From positions 15,686,001-15,750,000 of the forward strand of contig CM119379.1 of NCBI GenBank assembly GCA_051294905.1: DNA of 64,000 bases, written 5' to 3'. The notes below the pieces were generated by a model, which had not been told where the DNA came from, made no database searches, and was given only the letters and a program-made list of their open reading frames with translations. This DNA comes from Botryllus schlosseri. Lineage: Eukaryota. Positions 37,501-49,900 of the stretch are shown here, piece after piece. Each line of letters begins with the position of its first letter. The stretch's first letter is position 1. The position numbers and the translations under genes were made by a program.

Positions 37501-39778
37501 ACTAATGAAATACACGGAGAGAACAGAGACGGTTCTTTTGTCGACAGAGAATCAGTTGTTTGAGTTTTTAGAGTAGATTTGAGAACCTTGAAATTGAACA
37601 GAGCACGTCCGCGAGTAAGAATTGAAAATCTGTTATCGTTATAGGATTTTGCACACTCTGGATGCGTTAGAAGGTGCTGACCTATTGCAGAGTTACATGT
37701 CATGGTCTGGTCATAGTGTTGCAAGAGAGGGTTGTTTGTTTGCGATTGGCTACCTAAAATGGAATTTGCATCCAGTTTTTTAATATGCTTGTATTTGTAA
37801 TGGTTATGAGAAGCTATCTAGAATAGTACTTCTACTTTTAGGAGTACTCAAGTAGGTTTTGTTTATATGCCCTTCTTTCCAAAATGATTTTGATTTTAGA
37901 CTGCTTCTGTCTCACAGTCTTCAGTTTTTCTGGCAAAACTAGGCCTACAATATTTACTTTTTTACTTACTCAGAAATTGTTACTCTCACTTGAACTTGAG
38001 TCAAAATTGATGACATCACTTCTACTAATGGAAATTTATAGTAGTAGTTCTACCTCTACTCGATTACCAATACTTCACTACTTTATTCACCCCTCCAAGA
38101 ATTGTTCCTTGAAGGATTAACGAAGTCCTCAAAGTCCTAAATGAACTGGTTATCACAGCTGACCGACCTGCGGACAGTCATGACTCTATATGTCACCAAA
38201 ACACTGACTGTGTCCTGGTGAATCCAGTAGGCCTACCAGCGTCCGGATTGCTTGTTGAAAATTCTTCGGAAATGATCTTCTGTTTTCAATAATAGATTAT
38301 TAAGAAGACAACAAGGAGAAGGAGAGAAGAGATGTACGCCAAGACACACAAGTGAGTGATGACTTACAATGGATCTTCTTTTGTATTGTTGAAGTAAATC
38401 GGTATCAAAATTGCACCAATTCATATATCTGTAAGCTATTCAGTGCAAGTCTCAAATGTGGTTTAGTTGATGTGGGAACTACATAAAAACCGGTTATAGG
38501 ACAGAATCTACCAGCTACTTTCCTTCAGTACTTTTTAAGCCACTATATACATGATCCATCCTAGTCTTTCAGAATTCAGTTTCAACTTGACGTGATTGCT
38601 ACAAATGTACAGACAACGAAGTTTTTTCATGCTATTTCGAATTCCTTGTATTTCAAACGCTGAGCTCTTGTGACACTTTGTCTTCAGGCCATTTCAACCA
38701 CGAAATGTACTCCTATCGGAATCTCTTCGATACAAAAAAGTTGGCCGAAGGCAAGAGACCTTCTGGGAGCTGGTGATAAGATGCGGAGGCAGACCAGGCA
38801 AGATAAAATAAAGACTTTTATGTCTGTTAGGATCAGAATGGGGTAATCGTTATTTGACATCTTAATTGATTGTTTGAAAAAATTCCAAAATAAATAGCTC
38901 TAACTAAGAATATACTTTTACCAAAAGGTTTTCCGCCACTTGGGCGATAATAGGGAATACCATATTTGCATTAATTTTTCCTGAAACAGTGGTTCTTAAT
39001 CTTGGCGCAAGGCCATGAAAATTTCTGAAATGGGGCGCTGGAGGAAAGAAGCTCAAGAACCAGTGTTCTAAAAGAACCATGGCTTTCTTTTCTCGGTTGG
39101 AACATGAACATGCCAAATGATGGAGTTGCTTGCATGCCCAGTATTTTCTTTCGCGTACCCCTGTTTGAGAACCCCTGGCATACCGAAACTGCAGTTTGGA
39201 AATTGACTCGATGAAGATATGCCGTGTCAACTTGCTCTACTTCAATTGCAGTTCCGAATGTGAACACGTTGTATCACGACACAGTTTTAGTCTGCGCTGA
39301 AAGAGACTTGAAGAAGAACACGCTTTTGGTAAAAGACGCGAAAGCAGCCAAGGTATTACTGACTTGTAGTTAGGCTACGATTACAAAATCGTTAAGTATG
39401 TGTCTCAGTTCAAATAATTCCAGTCTCTAATAGAATGAAAAATATGTTTGCCCTTTTACTTAGTATAATCCGATGAATCAAATGTTGATAGATAGTACTA
39501 TCTGTAGAAGGAAAGCGTGTAGCAAACTGCAATTATTAAGCTTTGCAATATTGAATTGAACTATAAAACAGGCTTTACTTATAATTACATTATCATTGGC
39601 CGGTAATGGTCATTTCATTTATTGAACTGGCTTTACTACTAGATAAGTTATAAATTCGATGAGGATAATAACTAATTTTCTCATCCTTTTTCAGATTCCA
39701 ATACTAAGAGAGCAGTATATCCATGACTGCGTAACTCAAAGGCAGATGATTAGTAAACTGGGCGGGTATTTACTTTGA
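25502..39778 (+). CDS. VWA (MIDAS) / Vwaint-like / BRCT domain protein, paralog 2 (about 628 aa, 16 coding exons)
   Basis: Exons 25502-25609, 27852-27998, 28061-28177, 29405-29496, 29556-29739, 31671-31759, 31826-31919, 32315-32413, 34962-35097, 35154-35307, 36454-36627, 36688-36829, 38296-38351, 38688-38797 (GC donor), 39252-39352, 39695-39778. Intron phases match paralog 1 and many exon lengths are identical (147, 117, 92, 89, 94, 99, 142, 110, 101). Motifs: IVDVSGSM, GGDTNL, LFTDGE, IPILREQYIHDC. Confidence 0.88.
27027..27219. mobile_element. hAT MITE with TGCGCA repeats
   Basis: TIR CAATGTTCCCTCTAA; perfect TSD attgtcgg. Inverted sister copy at 59517-60304. Confidence 0.88.
29973..30376 (+). 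mobile_element. tRNA-derived SINE, family 2
   Basis: A-box TAGTGTAGTGG, B-box GGGTTCGATTCCC; 3' end in (ATGTT)n repeats. Confidence 0.65.
30604..31147 (+). mobile_element. hAT MITE, GACTCGAGTC-repeat family
   Basis: TIRs as at 12722; TSD ctctcaac/ccctcaac. Confidence 0.85.
32710..33991. mobile_element. Tol2-like non-autonomous hAT element
   Basis: TIR CAGAGGTGGTCA/TGACCACCTCTG; perfect TSD ggtattaa; AAGTAC/TACTTGAGTA subterminal repeats. Reverse-complement match at about 4990-5536; further end fragments near 14030, 19060, 21840, 37820, 45770, 48380 and 61000. Confidence 0.85.
34428..34852 (+). mobile_element. hAT MITE, GACTCGAGTC-repeat family
   Basis: TIRs present; TSD catcaaag/catcaatt. 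Confidence 0.8.
35920..36406 (+). mobile_element. hAT MITE, GACTCGAGTC-repeat family
   Basis: Degenerate TIRs; TSD actaagac/accaagac. Confidence 0.8.
37251..37760 (-). mobile_element. Penelope-like retroelement remnant (GIY-YIG endonuclease C-terminus plus terminal repeat)
   Basis: Minus-strand translation SAIGQHLLTHPECAKSYNDNRFSILTRGR…KVL matches my recall of the PLE endonuclease C-terminus. Segment 37251-37360 aligns by eye to the arms of the elements at 11184 and 13025. Confidence 0.75.
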
Positions 39779-40906
39779 CATTGTTTCAATTTTTCTGTCA
39801 ACATCCTCTTACTGCTCCGAAAGCATAATTTTCTATCTATGTTCATCTTCCGCCCTTGAAATATGATCTCAGAAATGAAAGAAACGTGAGGTACTGAGTA
39901 TTATTTTAGACATGTCTCCTACCGATTGACGATGTGGTAAGCTTACACTATTCTATTCTGTCATTCAGACTTTCTCAAGGGTGAGCCAAATTGTAGGTTA
40001 CATTTGAACTCAATTAACACAAGATTGTTGTTAAAATATTGAGCCTTATATATTGCCGTGCACCGTACATATTGTTCGTTGGCGTTTACCACTACGTTTT
40101 CTGGAATAGATTGATACACTACCCATAGAAACTTTCTAAAGGCAATTTTATCACTCAACAAAAGACTTAATATCACTACCAGTAATGAAACACTGGAATC
40201 ACTCAGTTTATCACACACATAACTGGTCTTACTAGCATTGTGTCGGAAAAGGTAGCTTATCACTTTTTATTACCATGTTTCATAAAAAGAAAATTTATTA
40301 CAGTTCAGCAAGTATGAAGTATCACGCTAACACTAATGCAAATAGAATGTAGGCATTATTGTAATCAACACCAATCAGGAACCTTGAAATAACGCTGCAT
40401 CAAATTGGAAGACGTATGTAGCAAAATTAATAAATGTAATTGAATATTCCCACCTTCATGTTCGACTACTCAACGGCCGTTGCAATATTCAAACCAGAAA
40501 ACCCATTCCCGTAAATCGGAACATCTCGTTTACATTTGAGCAATCACATAATCGTCATGGGAATTTTACGGTAAATTTCCTGAGGACCTCAATGTTCTAC
40601 ATAAAGGATCTAGTACTCGGTTATGATATATTGATCTAAGAAATTATATGAATGAGCTCAAGCAGTGTTCATACAACTAAACATAAGACAAAATATGCAA
40701 GCTAGTAACAATGCGTCCTATTGTCGGGTTTCTATGCAATATTGTATCATCTGCTAGCATGTGGTCACATAGTCTTGCAGCTATAGGCTAAAATAATGTC
40801 TTTGATTGGAACGACAGGTCATTGATGAACGAAATCATATTGTACCCAATGGCCAAAATACTAACATAAGTGCTTGATCAAATCCAGCCGTTTTCCCATA
40901 TTACGG

Positions 40907-43900
40907 TCAGAGAGGTGTTTCCTTATCTGATATCACTTGTTTGAGAGGAAAATCATGGAAGCTCGACGACATGACTGGTTGCACCACCCGAGACTTTGCT
41001 GGAGCGCCGACCATTTCACCTTCCGCTGAATAAGAAGCAACGTTGAATAAAATTGCTAGACTTCTTCCTAGCTACATCCAGGGCTCATAAGAAGGAGTTT
41101 GAACAACTTATAGTAGTCTTATTATTAGGGCGGTTTTTTTTTGACATGTCAAAATTTGTCAAAATTTTGTCAAAATTGTAGCGTTAGGTCAAAATTTGTC
41201 AAAATTTTTCATAAAATTAAAAAAATTTTGACGTCTGCATTTTGTTTGTATCGTAGATTTAGCACTGTCGGTGAACTTATAATTTGATATTTTAACGCTT
41301 TTAGCCTATTTTATAGGCCTACCGTTGTAAACGGCTAATCGTCTGCTCATTGTGAATCATAAACGGTAAAAATAAACAAATAATAGGTAGACATGGTGTT
41401 ATGGTCAACGTACCGCAATATCCTAACTGAAGAAAGACTTCTTGTGCATTGCATCATTCTTATATTAAGAAGCGCATGATGAAAAATTGTGATGTAGACA
41501 CAACATTGGCAGAATGAAGCATCACGGTGTGTCACCAGCACCAGCAGTGTACGCACAACTTGAGTGTTGTCGGCCAACAACTGCTGCTGTTGAATGTCCT
41601 TGACAGGCTTCTTAGTAAGGACGTGCACTTTCTACCCAAGAATGTAGGAAAGCATCTCTCGTTGTACTACAAAATATTTTACTTATTTCTACCATAATAC
41701 ATATTGTAACCACATGAATTCTTCATAGGGCGAGATTTCGTTAAAAGATTGTTTTTTTTTCATGTAAAAACATGCCTGTTTCTAAGCCAAAAACGTTTTT
41801 TCAGGCCAAACTACTTCGTTAGGACAGTCAGTTCAAACCAGAAATGAAGATAAGTGGTGCAATTTTAACATTATGTGGGAAAACACCTAATTTGCATACG
41901 TTAGGTCAAAATTTGGTCAAAATTCAGTTTTTTTAGGTCAAAAAAGTCAAAATTTTGATTTTTTAGGTCAAAATTTTCTTTTTTTTAGGTAAAAAAAAAA
42001 CCGCCCTACTTATTATCAAACACCCAACTAGGCCTAGAACATGTACATAAATAGGCCTGTACACTGTACACTGTATTTAAATTAACAGAAAATAATATCA
42101 AAAGGACTAGCGGTCAAAATGAAGTGGCATATGTCATTAGGCCAGTGGTTCCCAACCTTTTTTCACCCACGTACCATTTCGAGGTTTTATGCAGTGCTCG
42201 CGTACCACCTACATAAGTTACGCGCGCCGAAGGCGGCCAAAAATGTTGCTGTAGTTTATGACGTCATAATCACGTATTTGACCTATGCGAAGCGTAATAG
42301 CAAATGCAATTAAACTAGGCATTATCAGCCAGGGTTGATGGGACGCATGGAATTGTTTTTTCATCACCAGTCACAAGAAGAGCAACATAATAATAATAAT
42401 AATGAATGAATGAATTTTAAAAATTTACTCCAATCTCGCCATTTTCCTTTGGGGGCAGGTTGCTCCCCGGATTATGTGTGTATCTACCAGTTTTACTGTG
42501 AATAAAGAATAATAATGAAATAACAGCAAACTACAAACGTTAATTTATTTGATGTGATGGCTGCATTTGTTTATTTTCCACTAGCTCAGCGATTCTTCAA
42601 CATTTTTAGACACGCCCCCTTTTACGATAGAGAAAAACACCCCCCCCCCTTATCGTCACATCACAAAATGCAACTAGAATGCTAGCAATCACAGCGAATA
42701 ATGGTGGGTTATGATAGTTAATAAGATGTTCTCAAACATGCAATTAGGACTATACAGAAGGCAAAAACAATGAGATGGAGGTAAATCGCGCCGAGAGCGA
42801 AAAATTTTTTCAGTTGGCCACAGCTTCGCGCCCCTTCCGATGCTTTCATGCCCCCCAAGGGGAGGGAGGGGCAGTTGGAGAAACACTGCACTAGCTGGTC
42901 GATGCGTGGCATATGTTTGCCCAAAGCGCATCGAAAGTCATGCATTGGCGCAACAAGTCGGTTTCGTTTCTTCGACTTGGTAGTCATCAGAGATGAAAAT
43001 CCTTGCTCGCACTCCCACGTAGAAGGTAAAATTAGCAGCTGGGGAATAGCTTGAGAAGCTAGAGTCGAGTACGAGGAGGTCATGCTAAGTCTGATGTTTA
43101 TTGGAGAACAATCTTTGTGATCAACCCCACCTGAACTAATAACTCCCTTCGATCGAAAAAAAAACAGAATCTGCTCGCGTACCACCTGGAAGACCTTCGC
43201 GTACCACTAGTGGTACGCGTACCACAGGTTGGGAACCACTGCATTAGGCGAACTAGATCTGTCAGATCATAGTGTCCTAAATGGTGTGGACACAATAAGC
43301 TTGAACAGTTCACTGCATTTGGGTTACGTCATACTTTCCATTTGGCCAAAGGCAATCTTACGACCATTTTTGGCGGGCTTGGCGAGCGCTAAATTTGATA
43401 AAACAGGTATCAATGGAAAGCTGCTGTTGGACTGATTACGAAAATATAAACTATATTCTGCTCATGGCCCTGCAACCCCCTCAAATCAGCCTCGAATTTT
43501 GCATTGTTATCAAGTTTTGCATTACGATGTAACAAGTCTGTTTGGGAAAGCGAGACTGCAGCTCAGGAGAAAGAGCCCCGTGTGAGATGAAATATTCTAC
43601 TGTGCGAACTCATTTTAATCGCCAAATTGCCACTGATACAAACGGATTGCTGTTTAAGAGATGTTTTGTTGTAGTTTTGGAATAACTCTGTTTGCAAAAA
43701 TCCATTATCTCCTATGACAGGGGCGGGCAACTTCTCCGGTCGGCGGGCCGGATATGGGAAAATGAAGCACTTGGCGGGCCGGATTACGGAATATATACAT
43801 TATACATTATACCTCAATCGCGTATTTATCCACCTATACAAGGATTCCTTGTATTTAATGTAAACTTCAAGTTTAATGCATAGAGTCTAAAAACAGTATT

Positions 43901-46900
43901 CATTGAATTTATTTACAGCAGCTATTGAAGTCAATCAGAGATCTGTGGTCGTTCAATATTGTCAAATAGTTTTTTGAACTCTGGTTACATGTCGTATGCG
44001 GAAACCCTTACTAAAGACTGAACGCGAACATCAGTTATATTGGAACGCGGCCTTCCTCGTTAATGTTCGTGGCAGTGTTGGGATCAAGTCACTACCTTCG
44101 AGTCATAAGTCATCTCGAGTCGTTGCACATTTTGACTCGTGCCAAGTCAAGTCACTTGATTTTCAAAGGTGACTCTAGTCAAGTCAAGTCACGAGTCAAG
44201 TCACGAGTCAAGTCACGAGTCAAGTCTAGTCGAAATTTCAAATTACTAGACATGATTCAAAGTCATCACATTTTGCCAACTGTTTTAAATTCAGATGAAG
44301 TACCCATTTATTCGGAATCGACGAACGAATAAACAGTTTGTTTGTTTTGAGATATTCGTGATGTCTGTCGACTACTACGGTCATTTACACCAGACCAATA
44401 TTCTTCATATTTATTCCTCAACTGCCGACTTATGGCACGGCCTATTACTTCTAGGCTTTGTGTACGACACCGCTCACGCGGATTAAGTGGCGAGGAGTAA
44501 TGGAATGAAGAGTTGATTTTACTCGTAAAAGGCGCTGTGTCGCTCACGCATACGCAGAACTGCTCAACTACGCAAGTATAGCGGTACAGGATAACATACG
44601 AAACCTCAGAAAGTTTGAAAATGATATAGTTCAATACCCGACCCACCTACTTATCAACGATACACAATTATATACTCATGAGCGATATTCGTTTGATTTA
44701 AATTATATACAAAAGGGCTGGTTGAGGTGAGCAAGTTTACGACAACGTAAGCTATTGTATAAGCTCCAATCACTGCGTTTGAGATCAATTTATTTGTGAT
44801 ATAACAATGGAGGTTTGGCGGTTTTATACAAGATACAGCGATTTATTCAACATCAATTACTTGATGACTTTAAATTGACTCGAAAATTTTGCTTCGACTC
44901 ATGAGTCAATCTACATTTCTGACGCGTCGAGTCAGGTCAAGTCATTTTTCCAAGGTGACTCGAGTCAAGTCAAGTCATACGAAAAAGGTGACTCGAGTCA
45001 TCCCAACATTGGTTCATGGTAGAAAATGTAAGTAGACCCGAACCGAGCAAGTAGTTTAATTTCCATCTTTTTCAGGTTCGCAAACTTGGATTCATTCTGT
45101 GACGCATAAAATTTGTCAATACATTCACTTTTCAATTTCAGAGTAAAAACTCTCGGCGGGCCGGATCCGTATGTTGCCCACCCCTGTCCTATGATATACA
45201 TAACCGCTATATTCCAGAATAACTTCAAGTTGAGCTGCTGGATAGTAATGACTAGGCTGGCTGTTATATTGTTGTCATATGTGTTGTGATAATACCCAAA
45301 GGTGTCGCCTGAAGCGTTACATGTTAACTCGCAATTTTTGTTGGTTCGGTAACACACATCATAGCGAAACAGACATTTACTCACTTTCTCTAATCTTCTG
45401 ATAAACTCTGCCGGCTTCCGCCTTTATTATCATTTGCTTCACGAGATAATGCTCTCTCTTAATTTGATCCTGCAGCTTCCTTGGCCTGTCTGGGATGATA
45501 TAATCCAACAGTCTTATCAAGAAGAACACCACGTGCTGAAAAATGGTAGCAACGATGATGCCAAGACTGTCATCAATTGATTGACGGCAAAATATTACTT
45601 CCATGGCAATAACAAAAGCCAGTCGGCCGGCAACTACGTGCCAGTACTGCATCGTGAGAGAGTACGGTTGAGCGGAATCCGGCGGGCTTCGGTAATCGCG
45701 GTACCTGGAAACGAAAGAAAAAAAAACAGATCATTCAGTGTGGCTAGAATCAAAGTTCCTGAGAGTAGATTCCAGAGATGGTTGGTAACAAAGTACTTCT
45801 ACTTATTTAAAGTACTTGTACTGAAAAAGTACTACGACCTCAACGCAGGTTTGGTTTTTATTAACTAAACGGAGACTCAAGCAACTAAACGGGATACACA
45901 AAAACATCCAATATATAGGTAGGGTAACATGTGCGTGTGCGTGATCAACACAATCATGAGATTACAAAGAAACAATATTTGCCACAGTGCAGTACTCGAG
46001 TAGCTTTCACCTACTTTCACTTCTACTAAGCAGCTTTTATCGAAAACTACTTACTTTTCACATAATGAAGTTTAAAAAGTAGAAAGCGGTTTTCGGACAA
46101 GTTTAAGAGTGAAATTGTCAAAAAAAAACGATTGAAATAACTGTTGTGTCAGGGTATTTGAAGAAAAACTCGTGAGAGAGTGAATATAGTCCAAGAGTGG
46201 GATGGAAACGTTGTAACTTTTTACGATTGAAGTTGTGATAAAAACAGTGTGAAATAGCCCGGGGCCTATGATAACTCGTAGGCCCCAAATAGCCCCTGTA
46301 TCACGGTAACTAAATGTATATTCCAAGATTGTAATGTCATAATTAGTCATTTTAGAGTCAGTCGCGAAGATACAATGTGCAATTTCGAACGTAGCCACCT
46401 TCGATTATCTGCTACGAGTATTGCGACCCACGACCAAATCTACTATGTAAAACTGCTTCCTTGAATATCTTTTATTTTTATTATTTTTATATAATTTTAT
46501 TTTTCCAGATGGGCCAAATGAGAAGTGAAAAATAGTTTGGCGGGCCGAGCCTAAAGTTTGAATTATATTCCGCAGCATATTTTATTTTTAACTAGACGAA
46601 ATTGAATTGACACTTAGCACAAGCTGCTAAGTGGGCGTGTTAAAATCAGGCAATGAGAAAGCGAGGGTTAATTTTCAAAAAAAGTACTAGTTGTTCAGTC
46701 AGTGTCAATATTCAAAACGGCGCGAAACATTAAACATTCTTAACTCATTTCAATCATATTAACCCCCAGATCCCTTTTTCTTCTATTGAAATGCCAAAAT
46801 TTATTTGGAATATTAGAAAGCTGGTCTTCGCCCCGAGCTGTGTGTATAGCTAAGACGACGAATTTCCGGTCTCGACGTTACGAGCAATTTTCAATGTAAT

Positions 46901-49900
46901 TTGCACTCTCAAACATTCGCGGGTTCTAAAAGGAACGCGGGACCCCATTTGAGAGTCACTGCCAGGGTTGCATTTAACCCTTACGAGGTGGTTGTATCAT
47001 ACATGAAATGGCATGTCTCTCTGACCGATTTCTCCCTGTTGACACGCCCTAGACATCGGGTTCTACATTTTTTGAAAAGCTGAGACTTTTCCGATCTATT
47101 TGGTACCTTACTCAAAAATTTTGGTTTGCAAAAATACAAAAGTAAACACGTAAACCGGATAAAATGGTTTTCACCTGAAATTTCTAGATATTTTCCGAGT
47201 GTAAAATACTGTCGGAAATTCTGCCAGAAAGTCAGAAGTCGACTTGTACGGTATTCTGTGTAAATTTTCACCGTTTCGAACAAACGTGTTCTGGGGAGTT
47301 TTCTTAGGGGGTTTGTTAATTGTGGTCATGCTTTAGTGATTTTCAAGATCTAGGTCAAGTTCAAGTCCAAATTCATGACGGCCTTTCAGCCATAAACTGG
47401 TTTACTATGTTTGCAAATGGTTGGATATGACAAAAGTAGGCATACTGCGTTCTTTTATGTCACAAACCGAACGGTCGGGGTTCAATTGGGTCTTGATCAC
47501 GAACTTGACCTTTATGACCACTAACTGACCACGCTATTTGTAAATTTTCCATGTATTTTCCATTTTTCTATATCTGACGAAGCGCGCGGTTTACAACCAT
47601 GGTTGACGGCTTGTTTGAAACCAGGCAACGGTGGCTACGCACTGAAGCATCATTTTCGTCTCTCTGACGCCATCCTGGGGGTCAGCCATGATAAATGAAA
47701 GAGAGAGAGAGTTTTTGCAGAAAAACTTTGTTTATTTAATATTATTTAAAAAAAACTACACATGTCATGGGATGTCGATTAAGGGTGGAATTGATAGAGA
47801 GGTATACTCCGCCCACTTTTAAATCGTACCGGCCCAGATTCAAGTCTTGGTGGGATCACGGTGTGAATTTGAAAACTGATTGTCAGTTCTGCAAAATATG
47901 CCCCCACCTCGTAAGTTTCAAAACAAGAGATGTATTTAAACGCTTTGACAGCGTTTTAAACAGATGCCATTTCACAAAATAAAAATCGCTTTTTTTTCTT
48001 CAAAAGTTGTATAATTAGGGCATAATTGCGTAAATACTTTAGAAAAACATGTAATAAGAACCTTTCAACGATTTACACTACACAAAGTCAAGGAATACAA
48101 TATGGGATGGTTGGAAGAGGGATGGTACGAACCCCTGAAAGGCTCTGGTTTGTGTGAACTCTGACCTTTTTGAAAGGTTCTGTGTGAACAATTGGAAACG
48201 GTGCTTACAACTGCGAATGGTTTTCTTTGCACCGTGCCATTTCAATGTCCACAATTCTATACTATCTAAAGACTATCCTGATGTTATATTTCTCTACCAG
48301 ATATGCCAAATTCAATAACTGGTGTACTGGTATACGGGCTAGAGAGCAATGGTACGATTTCCATTTGTAATTTTCACTGTTACATGTTCTACTTGAGTAC
48401 CAACGGTGACTACTTTGACCACAACTGGTATATGCAATATACATAAAATGGCTTCATGAACTTCTGTAGCGTATCATCATGAAAACTATGTATGCGATTG
48501 TCAGGTTTGAGTTGCAGAACTGAAATTCGCTATGAAACCAATATCATAACAATAAATGACACTATGCGGTATCCGTATATACTCTTATAGCTATATTCGA
48601 AACATAATATTTTATTGCACACCTGCACATTGCAACATTTGTTCCTGTATTGAACGGGTCTTGATTGCTTGGTAAACTTCGCGCATCGAAATCCGAAGTG
48701 TTGAAGTACGACAAGCTGTTTTGCGTAAAGCCCTTGAAATATCAGTCACCAATTGTAATATAAATCTAACTTAAGGCCCTGGACAATGGGCTGTTTCATG
48801 CGTACACTACATGTAATTTCTAGGGCTGAGTAAAATTGAGGACCTGAGTGATTCGATTCTGAATCAAGTATCAGGCGTTGAGTCAAATATCGCTCATTTT
48901 TATCTCATAACCTGGGTGATTTTTTTTACCTAAAAACGGAAGATTTTGACCTAAAAAATCAATTTTTAGATTTTTTCACCTTAAAATCTCAATTCTGACA
49001 AAATTTTGCCCTCATGTATGTAAATTATATGTTTTCTCATATAATGTTGGAATTGTACTACTTATCTTCATTTCTGGTTGGAACTGTCTGTCCTGACGAA
49101 GTAGTTTGGCGTGAAAAAACTTTTTTGACTGGAAAACTGACAAATTTTCGCATGAAAAAACTTTATTTAACGAAATATGAACCTATGAAGAATTCCAATA
49201 GTTACATCACGCATTATGGTAGAAATCATTAAAATTTGTTGTAGTACAACGAAATATTCTCTCATACCTTCTCGGGTAGAAAGTGTCTGTCCTTACTAAG
49301 TAGCTTGCCAAGAATGGAGAAAGAACGTTCAACAGCAGCAGTTGTTGGCTGGCAACACTGAAGTTGTGCGTACACTGCTGGTGACACACGGTGTTGCTTC
49401 ATTCTGACAATGTTGTCTACATCACAATTTTTCAACATGCACTTCTTGATATAAGAAGCAAAGCCCAAGCAGTTTTGCTTCAGTTAACCGTTTATAATTA
49501 ACAATTAGCAGAAAACAGGCCGTCTACAACGGTAGGCTACAAGATGTAAAATGTCAAATGATAAGCTCACCGACAGTGCAAACATCTCCGATACAAACAA
49601 AATGCAGGTTGCAAAAATATTTTGACTATGTAGTTTGTACACAGTTTGACAATTTTTTGACCTAACGCTACAATTTTAACAAAATTTTGAAAATCGCCCT
49701 AGTCATGACAGTTTGGATGATACTTTGATGTGACTAATGGATGTTTCGAGGCTCCCACAGTGGAAAGAAAGTATCGAAACTAGAACTCTCGTTAATAACA
49801 TGACTCTTAGTGGAAGGAGACGTTTAAGATCACATATATTCAAGTACTAAAATCATTTCGCTCAGCCCTAGTTATTGCTGGAATTCGCAACCAGTAATGT

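Noticed and set aside
44308-44646. 112-aa minus-strand ORF with a good acceptor, considered as the anoctamin last exon
   Set aside because: It lies wholly inside nested transposon 44073-45011 and more likely reflects decayed transposase sequence.
46974-47917. TTAA-CCC start and a 12-bp inverted repeat suggesting a piggyBac MITE
   Set aside because: The right end lacks GGG-TTAA, so boundaries cannot be supported.
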